DNA of 64,000 nucleotides from Eledone cirrhosa (GCA_964016885.1 OZ024742.1:12710001-12774000), one strand, 5' to 3'. Numbered from the stretch's first letter, positions 27,301 through 41,841 are shown. Made by a program: numbers and translations. Notes: a model not told the origin generated them from the sequence alone.

Positions 27301-30300
27301 CCTCATGTTTGCCATGCCTGATATAGATTATATCTAAACAGCAAGCCTTGTAAAGGGCCTCATGTTTGCCATGCCTGATATAGATTATATCTAAACAGCA
27401 GGCAAGCCTTGTAAAGGGCCTCATGTTTGCCATGCCTGTTATAGATTATATCTAAACAGCAAGCCTTGTAAAGGGCCTCATGTTTGCCATGCCTGATATA
27501 GATTATATCTAAACAGCAAGCCTTGTAAAGAGCCTCATGTTTGCCATGCCTGTTATAGATTATATCTAAACAGCAAGCCTTGTAAAGGGCCTCATGTTTG
27601 CCATGCCTGATATAGATTATATCTAAACAGCAAGCCTTGTAAAGAACCTCATGTTTGCCATGCCTGATATAGATTATATCTAAACAGCAAGCCTTGTAAA
27701 GAGCCTCATGTTTGCCATGCCTGATATAGATTATATCTAAACATCAAGCCTTGTAAAGAGCCTCATGTTTGCCATGCCTGATATAGATTATATCTAAACA
27801 GCAAGCCTTGTAAAGAGCCTCATGTTTGCCATGCCTGATATAGATTATATCTAAACAGCAGGCAAGCCTTGTAGAGAGCCTCATGTTTGCCATGCCTGAT
27901 ATAGATTATATCTAAACAGCAGGCAAGCCTTGTAAAGAACCTCATATTTGCCATGCCTGATATAGATTATATCTAAACAGCAAGCCTTGTAAAGAGCCTC
28001 ATGTTTGCCATGCCTGATATAGATTATATCTAAACAGCAGGCAAGCCTTGTAGAGAGCCTCATGTTTGCCATGCCTGATATAGATTATATCTAAACAGCA
28101 GGCAAGCCTTGTAAAGAGCCTCATATTTGCCATGCCTGATATAGATTATATCTAAACAGCAGGCAAGCCTTGTAAAGAGCCTCATGTTTGCCATGCCTGA
28201 TATAGATTATATCTAAACAGCAGGCAAGCCTTGTAAAGGGCCTCATGTTTGCCATGCCTGATATAGATTATATATAAACAGCAAGCCTTGTAAAGGGCCT
28301 CATGTTTGCCATGCCTGATATAGATTATATCTAAACAGCAAGCCTTGTAAAGAGCCTCATGTTTGCCATGCCTGATATAGATTACATCTAAACAGCAGGC
28401 AAGCCTTGTAAAGAGTCTTATGTTTGCCATGCCTGATATAGATTATATCTAAACAGCAAGCCCTGTAAAGAGCCTCATGTTTGCCATGCCTGATATAGAT
28501 TATATCTAAACAGCAAGCCTTGTAAAGAGCCTCATGTTTGCCATGCCTGATATAGATTATATCTAAACAGCAAGCCTTGTAAAGAGCCTCATGTTTGCCA
28601 TGCCTGATATAGATTATATCTAAACAGCAGGCAAGCCTTGTAAAGAGCCTCATGTTTGCCATGCCTGATATAGATTATATCTAAACAGCAGGCAAGCCTT
28701 GTAAAGAGCCTCATGTTTGCCATGCCTGATATAGATTATATCTAAGCAGCAGGCAAGCCTTGTAAAGAGCCTCATATTTGCCATGCCTGATATAGATTAT
28801 ATCTAAACAGCAGGCAAGCCTTGTAAAGAGCCTCATGTTTGCCATGCCTGATATAGATTATATCTAAACAGCAGGCAAGCCTTGTAAAGGGCCTCATGTT
28901 TGCCATGCCTGATATAGATTATATCTAAACAGCAAGCCTTGTAAAGAGCCTCATATTTGCCATGACTGATATAGATTATATCTAAACAGCAGGCAAGCCT
29001 TGTAAAGAGCCTCATATTTGCCATGCCTGATATAGATTATATCTAAACAGCAGGGAAGCCTTGTAAAGAGCCTCATGTTTGCCATGCCTGATATAGATAA
29101 TATCTAAACAGCAGGCAAGCCTTGTAAAGGGCCTCATGTTTGCCATGCCTGATATAGATTATATCTAAACAGCAAGCCTTGTAAAGGGCCTCATGTTTGC
29201 CATGCCTGATATAGATTATATCTAAACAGCAGGCAAGCCTTGTAAAGGGCCTCATGTTTGCCATGACTGATATAGAGTATATCTAAACAGCAAGCCATGT
29301 AAAGGGCCTCATGTTTGCCATGCCTGTTATAGATTATATCTAAACAGCAGGCAAGCCTTGTAAAGGGCCTCATGTTTGCCATGCCTGATATAGATTATAT
29401 CTAAACAGCAAGCCTTGTAAAGGGCCTCATGTTTGCCATGCCTGATATAGATTATATCTAAACAGCAGGCAAGCCTTGTAAAGGGCCTCATGTTTGCCAT
29501 GCCTGTTATAGATTATATCTAAACAGCAAACCTTGTAAAGGGCCTCATGTTTGCCATGCCTGATATAGATTATATCTAAACAGCAAGCCTTGTAAAGAGC
29601 CTCATGTTTGCCATGCCTGATATAGATTATATCTAAACAGCAAGCCTTGTAAAGAGCCTCATGTTTGCCATGCCTGATATAGATTATATCTAAACAGCAA
29701 GCCTTGTAAAGAGCCTCATGTTTGCCATGCCTGATATAGATTATATCTAAACAGCAGGCAAGCCTTGTAGAGAGCCTCATGTTTGCCATGCCTGATATAG
29801 ATTATATCTAAACAGCAGGCAAGCCTTGTAAAGAGCCTCATATTTGCCATGCCTGATATAGATTATATTTAAACAGCAGGCAAGCCTTGTAAAGAGCCTC
29901 ATGTTTGCCATGCCTGATATAGATTATATCTAAACAGCAGGCAAGCCTTGTAAAGGGCCTCATGTTTGCCATGCCTGATATAGATTATATCTAAACAGCA
30001 AGCCTTGTAAAGAGACTCATATTTGCCATGCCTGATATAGATTATATCTAAACAGCAGGCAAGCCTTGTAAAGAGCCTCATATTTGCCATGCCTGATATA
30101 GATTATATCTAAACAGCAGGCAAGCCTTGTAAAGAGCCTCATGTTTGCCATGCCTGATATAGATTATATCTAAACAGCAAGCCTTGTAAAGAGCCTCATG
30201 TTTGCCATGCCTGATATAGATTATATCTAAACAGCAAGCCTTGTAAAGGGCCTCATGTTTGCCATGCCTTATATAGATTATATCTAAACAGCAAGCCTTG

Positions 30301-31230
30301 TAAAGGGCCTCATGTTTGCCATGCCTGATATAGATTATATCTAAACAGCAAGCCTTGTAAAGAGCCTCATGTTTGCCATGCCTGATATAGATTATATCTA
30401 AACAGCAAGCCTTTTAAAGGGCCTCATGTTTGCCATGCCTGATATAGATTATATCTAAACAGCAAGTCTTGTAAAGGGCCTCATGTTTGCCATGCCTGAT
30501 ATAGATTATATCTAAACAGCAAGCCTTGTAAAGAGCCTCATGTTTGCCATGCCTGATATAGATTATATCTAAACAGCAAGCCTTGTAAAGGGCCTCATGT
30601 TTGCCATGCCTGATATAGATTATAACTAAACAGCAAGCCTTGTAAAGGGCCTCATGTTTGCCATGCCTGATATAGATTATATCTAAACAGCAAGCCTTGT
30701 AAAGGGCCTCATGTTTTCCATGCCTGATATAGATTATATCTAAACAACAAGCCTTGTAAAGGGCCTCATGTTTGCCATGCCTGATATAGATTATATCTAA
30801 ACAGCAGGCAAGCCTTGTAAAGGGCCTCATGTTTGCCATGCCTGATATAGATTATATCTAAACAGCAAGCCTTGTAAAGGGCCTCATGTTTGCCATGCCT
30901 GATATAGATTATATCTAAACAGCAGGCAAGCCTTGTAAAGGGCCTCATGTTTGCCATGCCTGATATAGATTATATCTAAACAGCAAGCCTTGTAAAGAGC
31001 CTCATGTTTGCCATGCCTGATATAGATTATATCTAAACAGCAAGCCTTGTAAAGAGCCTCATGTTTGCCATGCCTGATATAGATTATATCTAAACAGCAA
31101 GCCTTGTAAAGAGCCTCATGTTTGCCATGCCTGATATAGATTATATCTAAACAGCAAGCCTTGTAAAGAGCCTCATGTTTGCCATGCCTGATATAGATTA
31201 TATCTAAACAGCAAGCCTTGTAAAGGGCCT
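16854..31230. repeat. Tandem duplication of a 7162-bp block (~122 monomers), junction near 24016-24068
   Basis: Every ORF from 17024 to 23604 recurs with identical translation at +7162 (17024/24186, 18639/25801, 21911/29073, 23252/30414). Shared rare markers are GGCCTGATG, GATTTAGA, GATAATAT and GAGACTC. Confidence 0.92.
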
Positions 31231-34200
31231 TATGTTTGACATGCCTGATATAGATTATATCTAAACAGCAAGCAAGCCTTGTAAAGGGCCTCATGTTTGC
31301 CATGCCTGATATAGATTATATCTAAACAGCAGGCAAGCCTTGTAAAGGGCCTCATGTTTGCCATGCCTGTTATAGATTATATCTAAACAGCAAGCCTTGT
31401 AAAGGGCCTCATGTTTGCCATGCCTGATATAGATTATATCTAAACAGCAAGCCTTGTAAAGAGCCTCATGTTTGCCATGCCTGATATAGATTATATCTAA
31501 ACAGCAAGCCTTGTAAAGAGCCTCATGTTTGCCATGCCTGATATAGATTATATCTAAACAGCAAGCCTTGTAAAGAGCCTCATGTTTGCCATGCCTGATA
31601 TAGATTATATCTAAACAGCAGGCAAGCCTTGTAGAGAGCCTCATGTTTGCCATGCCTGATATAGATTATATCTAAACAGCAGGCAAGCCTTGTAAAGAGC
31701 CTCATATTTGCCATGCCTGATATAGATTATATCTAAACAGCAGGCAAGCCTTGTAAAGAGCCTCATGTTTGCCATGCCTGATATAGATTATATCTAAACA
31801 GCAGGCAAGCCTTGTAAAGGGCCTCATGTTTGCCATGCCTGATATAGATTATATCTAAACAGCAAGCCTTGTAAAGAGCCTCATATTTGCCATGCCTGAT
31901 ATAGATTATATCTAAACAGCAGGCAAGCCTTGTAAAGAGCCTCATATTTGCCATGCCTGATATAGATTATATCTAAACAGCAGGCAAGCCTTGTAAAGAG
32001 CCTCATGTTTGCCATGCCTGATATAGATTATATCTAAACAGCAGGCAAGCCTTGTAAAGGGCCTCATGTGTGCCATGCCTGATATAGAGTATATCTAAAC
32101 AGCAAGCCATGTAAAGGGCCTCATGTTTTCCATGCCTGTTATAGATTATATCTAAACAGCAGGCAAGCCTTGTAAAGGGCCTCATGTTTGCCATGCCTGA
32201 TATAGATTATATCTAAACAGCAAGCCTTGTAAAGGGCCTCATGTTTGCCATGCCTGATATAGATTATATCTAAACAGCAGGCAAGCCTTGTAAAGGGCCT
32301 CATGTTTGCCATGCCTGATATAGATTATATCTAAACAGCAAGCCTTGTAAAGGGCCTCATGTTTGCCATGCCTGATATAGATTATATCTAAACAGCAAGC
32401 CTTGTAAAGAGCCTCATGTTTGCCATGCCTGATATAGATTATATCTAAACAGCAAGCCTTGTAAAGAGCCTCGTGTTTGCCATGCCTGATATAGATTATA
32501 TCTAAACAGCAAGCCTTGTAAAGAGCCTCATGTTTGCCATGCCTGATATAGATTATATCTAAACAGCAAGCCTTGTAAAGAGCCTCATGTTTGCCATGCC
32601 TGATATAGATTATATCTAAACAGCAAGCCTTGTAAAGGGCCTTATGTTTGCCATGCCTGATATAGATTATATCTAAACAGCAGGCAAGCCTTGTAAAGGG
32701 CCTCATGTTTGCCATGCCTGATATAGATTATATATAAACAGCAAGCCTTGTAAAGGGCCTCATGTTTGCCATGCCTGATATAGATTATATCTAAACAGCA
32801 AGCCTTGTAAAGAGCCTCATGTTTGCCATGCCTGATATAGATTACATCTAAACAGCAGGCAAGCCTTGTAAAGAGTCTTATGTTTGCCATGCCTGATATA
32901 GATTATATCTAAACAGCAAGCCTTGTAAAGAGCCTCATGTTTGCCATGCCTGATATAGATTATATCTAAACAGCAAGCCTTGTAAAGAGCCTCATGTTTG
33001 CCATGCCTGATATAGATTATATCTAAACAGCAAGCCTTGTAAAGGGCCTCATGTTTGCCATGCCTTATATAGATTATATCTAAACAGCAAGTCTTGTAAA
33101 GGGCCTCATGTTTGCCATGCCTGATATAGATTATATCTAAACAGCAAGCCTTGTAAAGAGCCTCATGTTTGCCATGCCTGATATAGATTATATCTAAACA
33201 GCAAGCCTTGTAAAGGGCCTCATGTTTGCCATGCCTGATATAGATTATAACTAAACAGCAAGCCTTGTAAAGGGCCTCATGTTTGCCATGCCTGATATAG
33301 ATTATATCTAAACAGCAAGCCTTGTAAAGGGCCTCATGTTTTCCATGCCTGATATAGATTATATCTAAACAACAAGCCTTGTAAAGGGCCTCATGTTTGC
33401 CATGCCTGATATAGATTATATCTAAACAGCAGGCAAGCCTTGTAAAGGGCCTCATGTTTGCCATGCCTGATATAGATTATATCTAAACAGCAAGCCTTGT
33501 AAAGGGCCTCATGTTTGCCATGCCTGATATAGATTATATCTAAACAGCAGGCAAGCCTTGTAAAGGGCCTCATGTTTGCCATGCCTGATATAGATTATAT
33601 CTAAACAGCAAGCCTTGTAAAGAGCCTCATGTTTGCCATGCCTGATATAGATTATATCTAAACAGCAAGCCTTGTAAAGAGCCTCATGTTTGCCATGCCT
33701 GATATAGATTATATCTAAACAGCAAGCCTTGTAAAGAGCCTCATGTTTGCCATGCCTGATATAGATTATATCTAAACAGCAAGCCTTGTAAAGAGCCTCA
33801 TGTTTGCCATGCCTGATATAGATTATATCTAAACAGCAAGCCTTGTAAAGGGCCTTATGTTTGACATGCCTGATATAGATTATATCTAAACAGCAAGCAA
33901 GCCTTGTAAAGGGCCTCATGTTTGCCATGCCTGATATAGATTATATCTAAACAGCAGGCAAGCCTTGTAAAGGGCCTCATGTTTGCCATGCCTGTTATAG
34001 ATTATATCTAAACAGCAAGCCTTGTAAAGGGCCTCATGTTTGCCATGCCTGATATAGATTATATCTAAACAGCAAGCCTTGTAAAGAGCCTCATGTTTGC
34101 CATGCCTGATATAGATTATATCTAAACAGCAAGCCTTGTAAAGAGCCTCATGTTTGCCATGCCTGATATAGATTATATCTAAACAGCAAGCCTTGTAAAG

Positions 34201-36550
34201 AGCCTCATGTTTGCCATGCCTGATATAGATTATATCTAAACAGCAGGCAAGCCTTGTAGAGAGCCTCATGTTTGCCATGCCTGATATAGATTATATCTAA
34301 ACAGCAGGCAAGCCTTGTAAAGAGCCTCATATTTGCCATGCCTGATATAGATTATATCTAAACAGCAGGCAAGCCTTGTAAAGAGCCTCATGTTTGCCAT
34401 GCCTGATATAGATTATATCTAAACAGCAGGCAAGCCTTGTAAAGGGCCTCATGTTTGCCATGCCTGATATAGATTATATCTAAACAGCAAGCCTTGTAAA
34501 GAGCCTCATATTTGCCATGCCTGATATAGATTATATCTAAACAGCAGGCAAGCCTTGTAAAGAGCCTCATGTTTGCCATGCCTGATATAGATTATATCTA
34601 AACAGCAGGCAAGCCTTGTAAAGGGCCTCATGTGTGCCATGCCTGATATAGAGTATATCTAAACAGCAAGCCATGTAAAGGGCCTCATGTTTTCCATGCC
34701 TGTTATAGATTATATCTAAACAGCAGGCAAGCCTTGTAAAGGGCCTCATGTTTGCCATGCCTGATATAGATTATATCTAAACAGCAGGCAAGCCTTGTAA
34801 AGGGCCTCATGTTTGCCATGCCTGATATAGATTATATCTAAACAGCAAGCCTTGTAAAGGGCCTCATGTTTGCCATGCCTGATATAGATTATATCTAAAC
34901 AGCAAGCCTTGTAAAGAGCCTCATGTTTGCCATGCCTGATATAGATTATATCTAAACAGCAAGCCTTGTAAAGAGCCTCATGTTTGCCATGCCTGATATA
35001 GATTATATCTAAACAGCAAGCCTTGTAAAGAGCCTCATGTTTGCCATGCCTGATATAGATTATATCTAAACAGCAAGCCTTGTAAAGGGCCTTATGTTTG
35101 CCATGCCTAATATAGATTATATCTAAACAGCAGGCAAGCCTTGTAAAGGGCCTCATGTTTGCCATGCCTGATATAGATTATATATAAACAGCAAGCCTTG
35201 TAAAGGGCCTCATGTTTGCCATGCCTGATATAGATTATATCTAAACAGCAAGACTTGTAAAGAGCCTCATGTTTGCCATGCCTGATATAGATTACATCTA
35301 AACAGCAGGCAAGCCTTGTAAAGAGTCTTATGTTTGCCATGCCTGATATAGATTATATCTAAACAGCAAGCCTTGTAAAGAGCCTCATGTTTGCCATGCC
35401 TGATATAGATTATATCTAAACAGCAAGCCTTGTAAAGAGCCTCATGTTTGCCATGCCTGATATAGATTATATCTAAACAGCAAGCCTTGTAAAGGGCCTC
35501 ATGTTTGCCATGCCTTATATAGATTATATCTAAACAGCAAGCCTTGTAAAGGGCCTCATGTTTGCCATGCCTGATATAGATTATATCTAAACAGCAAGCC
35601 TTGTAAAGAGCCTCATGTTTGCCATGCCTGATATAGATTATATCTAAACAGCAAGCCTTTGAAAGGGCCTCATGTTTGCCATGCCTGATATAGATTATAT
35701 CTAAACAGCAAGTCTTGTAAAGGGCCTCATGTTTGCCATGCCTGATACAGATTATATCTAAACAGCAAGCCTTGTAAAGAGCCTCATGTTTGCCATGCCT
35801 GATATAGATTATATCTAAACAGCAAGCCTTGTAAAGGGCCTCATGTTTGCCATGCCTGATATAGATTATAACTAAACAGCAAGCCTTGTAAAGGGCCTCA
35901 TGTTTGCCATGCCTGATATAGATTATATCTAAACAGCAAGCCTTGTAAAGGGCCTCATGTTTGCCATGCCTGATATAGATTATATCTAAACAACAAGCCT
36001 TGTAAAGGGCCTCATGTTTGCCATGCCTGATATAGATTATATCTAAACAGCAGGCAAGCCTTGTAAAGGGCCTCATGTTTGCCATGCCTGATATAGATTA
36101 TATCTAAACAGCAAGCCTTGTAAAGGGCCTCATGTTTGCCATGCCTGATATAGATTATATCTAAACAGCAGGCAAGCCTTGTAAAGGGCCTCATGTTTGC
36201 CATGCCTGATATAGATTATATCTAAACAGCAAGCCTTGTAAAGAGCCTCATGTTTGCCATGCCTGATATAGATTATATCTAAACAGCAAGCCTTGTAAAG
36301 AGCCTCATGTTTGCCATGCCTGATATAGATTATATCTAAACAGCAAGCCTTGTAAAGAGCCTCATGTTTGCCATGCCTGATATAGATTATATCTAAACAG
36401 CAAGCCTTGTAAAGAGCCTCATGTTTGCCATGCCTGATATAGATTATATCTAAACAGCAACCCTTGTAAAGGGCCTTATGTTTGACATGCCTGATATAGA
36501 TTATATCTAAACAGCAGGCAAGCCTTGTAAAGGGCCTCATGTTTGCCATG
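30460..36550. repeat. Higher-order repeat with ~2.6-kb period (2625 then 2621 bp; 45 monomers)
   Basis: ORF offsets are +2625 for 30766/33391, 30884/33509, 31291/33916 and 31763/34388, then +2621 for 33391/36012 and 33509/36130. Markers TATAACTAA, AACAACAAG and TTATGTTTGACATG recur once per unit. Confidence 0.82.
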
Positions 36551-39500
36551 CCTGATATAGATTATATCTAAACAGCAAGCCTTGTAAAGGGCCTCATGTT
36601 TGCCATGCCTGATATAGATTACATCTAAACAGCAGGCAAGCCTTGTAAAGAGCCTTATGTTTGCCATGCCTGATATAGATTATATCTAAACAGCAAGCAA
36701 GCCTTGTAAAGGGCCTCATGTTTGCCATGCCTGATATAGATTATATCTAAACAGCAAGCCTTGTAAAGAGCCTCATGTTTGCCATGCCTGATATAGATTA
36801 TATCTAAACAGCAAGCCTTGTAAAGGGCCTCATGTTTGCCATGCCTGATATAGATTATATCTAAACAGCAAGCCTTGTAAAGGGCCTCATGTTTGCCATG
36901 CCTGATATAGATTATATCTAAACAGCAAGCCTTGGAAAGGGCCTCATGTTTGCCATGCCTGATATAGATTATATCTAAACAGCAAGCCTTGTAAAGGGCC
37001 TCATGTTTGCCATGCCTGATATAGATTATATCTAAACAGCAAGCCTTGTAAAGGGCCTCATGTTTGCCATGCCTGATATAGATTATATCTAAACAGCAAG
37101 CCTTGTAAAGAGCCTCATGTTTGCCATGCCTGATATAGATTATATCTAAACAGCAAGCCTTGTAAAGGGCCTCATGTTTGCCATGCCTGATATAGATTAT
37201 ATCTAAACAGCAAGCCTTGGAAAGGGCCTCATGTTTGCCATGCCTGATATAGATTATATCTAAACAGCAAGCCTTGTAAAGGGCCTCATGTTTGCCATGC
37301 CTGATATAGATTATATCTAAACAACAAGCCTTGTAAAGGGCCTCATGTTTGCCATGCCTGATATAGATTATAACTAAACAGCAGGCAAGCCTTGTAAAGG
37401 GCCTCATGTTTTCCATGCCTGATATAGATTATATCTAAACAGCAAGCCTTGTAAAGGGCCTCATGTTTGCCATGCCTGATATAGATTATATCTAAACAGC
37501 AAGCCTTGTAAAGAGCCTCATGTTTGCCATGCCTGATATAGATTACATCTAAACAGCAGGCAAGCCTTGTAAAGAGCCTTATGTTTGCCATTCCTGATAT
37601 AGATTATATCTAAACAGCAATCAAGCCTTGTAAAGGGCCTCATGTTTGCCATGCCTGATATAGATTATATCTTAACAGCAAGCCTTGTAAAGAGTCTCAT
37701 GTTTGCCATGCCTGATATAGATTATATCTAAACAGCAAGCCTTGTAAAGGGCCTCATGTTTGCCATGCCTGATATAGATTATATCTAAACAGCAAGCCTT
37801 GTAAAGGGCCTCATGTTTGCCATGCCTGATATAGATTATATCTAAACAGAAAGCCTTTTAAAGGGCCTCATGTTTGCCATGCCTGATATAGATTATATCT
37901 AAACAGCAAGCCTTGTAAAGGGCCTCATGGTTGCCATGCCTGATATAGATTATATCTAAACAGCAAGCCTTGTAAAGGGCCTCATGTTTGCCATGCCTGA
38001 TATAGATTATATCTAAACAGCAAGCCTTGTAAAGGGCCTCAAGTTTGACATGCCTCATATAGATTATATCTAAACAGCAAGCCTTGTAAAGGGCCTCATG
38101 TTTGCCATGCCTGATATAGATTATATCTAAACAGCAAGCCTTGTAAAGGGCCTCATGTTTGCCATGCCTGATATAGATTATATCTAAACAGCAAGCCTTG
38201 TAAAGAGCCTCATGTTTGCCATGCCTGATATAGATTATATCTAAACAGCAAGCCTTGTAAAGGGCCTCATGTTTGCCATGCCTGATATAGATTATATCTA
38301 AACAGCAAGCCTTGTAAAGAGCCTCATGTTTGCCATGCCTGATATAGATTATATTTAAACAGCAAGCCTTGTAAAGGGCCTCATGTTTGCCATGCCTGAT
38401 ATAGATTATATGTAAACAGCAAGCCTTGTAAAGAGCCTCATGTTTGCCATGCCTGATATAGATTATATCTAAACAGCAAGCCTTGTAAAGAGCCTCATGT
38501 TTGCCATGCCTGATATAGATTATATCTAAACAGCAAGCCTTGTAGAGGGCCTTATGTTTGCCATGCCTGATATAGATTATATCTAAATAGCAAGCCTTGT
38601 AAAGAGCCTCATGTTTGCCATGCCTGATATAGATTATATTTAAACAGCAAGCCTTGTAAAGGGCCTCATGTTTGCCATGCCTGATATAGATTATATCTAA
38701 ACAGCAAGCCTTGTAAAGAGCCTCATGTTTGCCATGCCTGATATAGATTATATCTAAACAGCAAGCCTTGTAAAGGGCCTCATGTTTGCCATGCCTGATA
38801 TAGATTATATCTAAACAGCAGGCAAGCCTTGTAAAGGGCCTCATGTTTGCCATGCCTGATATAGATTATATCTAAACAGCAAGCATTATAAAGGGCCTCA
38901 TGTTAGCCATGCCTGATATAGATTATATCTAAACAGCAAGCCTTGTAAAGGGCCTCATGTTTGCCATACCTGATATAGATTATATCTAAACAGCAGGCAA
39001 GCCTTGTAAAGAGCCTCATGTTTGCCATGCCTGATATAGATTATATCTAAACAGCAAGCCTTGTAAAGAGCCTCATGTTTGCCATGCCTGATATAGATTA
39101 TATATAAACAGCAAGCCTTGTAAAGAGCCTCATGTTTGCCATGCCTGATATAGATTATATCTAAACAGCAAGCCTTGTAAAGAGCCTCATGTTTGCCATG
39201 CCTGATATAGATTATATCTAAACAGCAAGCCTTGTAAAGAGCCTCATGTTTGCCATGCCTGATATAGATTATATCTAAACAGCAAGCCTTGTAAAGGGCC
39301 TCATGTTTGCCATGCCTGATATAGATTATATCTAAACAGCAAGCCTTGTAAAGGGCCTCATGTTTGCCATGCCTGATATAGATTATATCTAAACAGCAAG
39401 CCTTGTAAAGGGCCTCATGTTTGCCATGCCTGATATAGATTATATCTAAACAGCAAGCCTTGTAAAGGGCCTCATGTTTGCCATGCCTGATATAGATTAC

Positions 39501-41841
39501 ATCTAAACAGCAGGCAAGCCTTGTAAAGAGTCTTATGTTTGCCATGCCTGATATAGATTATATCTAAACAGCAAGCCTTGTAAAGAGCCTCATGTTTGCC
39601 ATGCCTGATATAGATTACATCTAAACAGCAGGCAAGCCTTGTAAAGGGCCTCATGTTTGCCATGCCTGATATAGATTATATCTAAACAACAAGCCTTGTA
39701 AAGGGCCTCATGTTTGCCATGCCTGATATAGATTACATCTAAACAGCAGGCAAGCCTTGTAAAGAGCCTCATGTTTGCCATACCTGATATAGATTATATC
39801 TAAACAGCAGGCAAGCCTTGTAAAGGGCCTCATGTTTGCCATGCCTGATATAGATTATATCTAAACAGCAAGCCATGTAAAGGGCCTCATGTTTGCCATG
39901 CCTGATATAGATTATATCTAAACAGCAATCCTTGTAAAGAGCCTCATGTTTGCCATGCCTGATATAGATCATATCTAAACAGCAAGCCTTGTAAAGGGCC
40001 TCATGTTTGCCATTCCTGATATAGATTATATCTAAACAGCAAGCCTTGTAAAGAGCCTCATGTTTGCCATGCCTGATATAGATTATATGTAAACAGCAAG
40101 CCTTGTAAAGAGCCTCATGTTTGCCATGCCTCATATAGATTATATCTAAACAGCAAGCCTTGTAAAGAGCCTCATGTTTGCCATGCCTGATATAGATTAT
40201 ATCTAAACAGCAAGCCTTGTAAAGGGCCTCATGTTTGCCATGCCTGATATAGATTATATCTAAACAGCAAGCCTTGTAAAGGGCCTCATGTTTGCCATGC
40301 CTGATATAGATTATATCTAAACAGCAAGCCTTGTAAAGGGCCTCATGTTTGCCATGCCTGATATAGATTATATCTAAACAGCAAGCCTTGTAAAGAGCCT
40401 CATGTTTGCCATGCCTGATATAGATTATATCTAAACAGCAAGCCTTGTAAAGGGCCTTATGTTTGCCATGCCTCATATAGATTATATCTAAACAGCAGGC
40501 AAGCCTTGTAAAGGGCCTCATGTTTGCCATGCCTGATATAGATTATATATAAACAGCAAGCCTTGTAAAGGGCCTCATGTTTGCCATGCCTGATATAGAT
40601 TATATCTAAACAGCAAGCCTTGTAAAGAGCCTCATGTTTGCCATGCCTGATATAGATTACATCTAAACAGCAGGCAAGCCTTGTAAAGAGTCTTATGTTT
40701 GCCATGCCTGATATAGATTATATCTAAACAGCAAGCCTTGTAAAGAGCCTCATGTTTGCCATGCCTGATATAGATTATATCTAAACAGCAAGCCTTGTAA
40801 AGAGCCTCATGTTTGCCATGCCTGATATAGATTATATCTAAACAGCAAGCCTTGTAAAGGGCCTCATGTTTGCCATGCCTTATATAGATTATATCTAAAC
40901 AGCAAGCCTTGTAAAGGGCCTCATGTTTGCCATGCCTGATATAGTTTATATCTAAACAGCAAGCCTTGTAAAGAGCCTCATGTTTGCCATGCCTGATATA
41001 GATTATATCTAAACAGCAAGCCTTTTAAAGGGCCTCATGTTTGCCATGCCTGATATAGATTATATCTAAACAGCAAGTCTTGTAAAGGGCCTCATGTTTG
41101 CCATGCCTGATATAGATTATATCTAAACAGCAAGCCTTGTAAAGAGCCTCATGTTTGCCATGCCTGATATAGATTATATCTAAACAGCAAGCCTTGTAAA
41201 GGGCCTCATGTTTGCCATGCCTGATATAGATTATAACTAAACAGCAAGCCTTGTAAAGGGCCTCATGTTTGCCATGCCTGATATAGATTATATCTAAACA
41301 GCAAGCCTTGTAAAGGGCCTCATGTTTGCCATGCCTGATATAGATTATATTTAAACAGCAGGCAAGCCTTGTAAAGAGCCTCATGTTTGCCATGCCTGAT
41401 ATAGATTATATCTAAACAGCAGGCAAGCCTTGTAAAGGGCCTCATGTTTGCCATGCCTGATATAGATTATATCTAAACAGCAGGCAAGCCTTGTAAAGGG
41501 CCTCATGTTTGCCATGCCTGATATAGATTATATCTAAACAGCAAGCCTTGTAAAGGGCCTCATGTTTGCCATGCCTGATATAGATTATATCTAAACAGCA
41601 AGCCTTGTAAAGAGCCTCATGTTTGCCATGCCTGATATAGATTATATCTAAACAGCAAGCCTTGTAAAGAGCCTCATGTTTACCATGCCTGATATAGATT
41701 ATATCTAAACAGCAAGCCTTGTAAAGGGCCTCATGTTTGCCATGCCTGATATTGATTATATCTAAACAGCAAGCCTTGTAAAGGGCCTCATGTTTGCCAT
41801 GCCTGATATAGATTATATCTAAACAGCAAGCCTTGTAAAGA

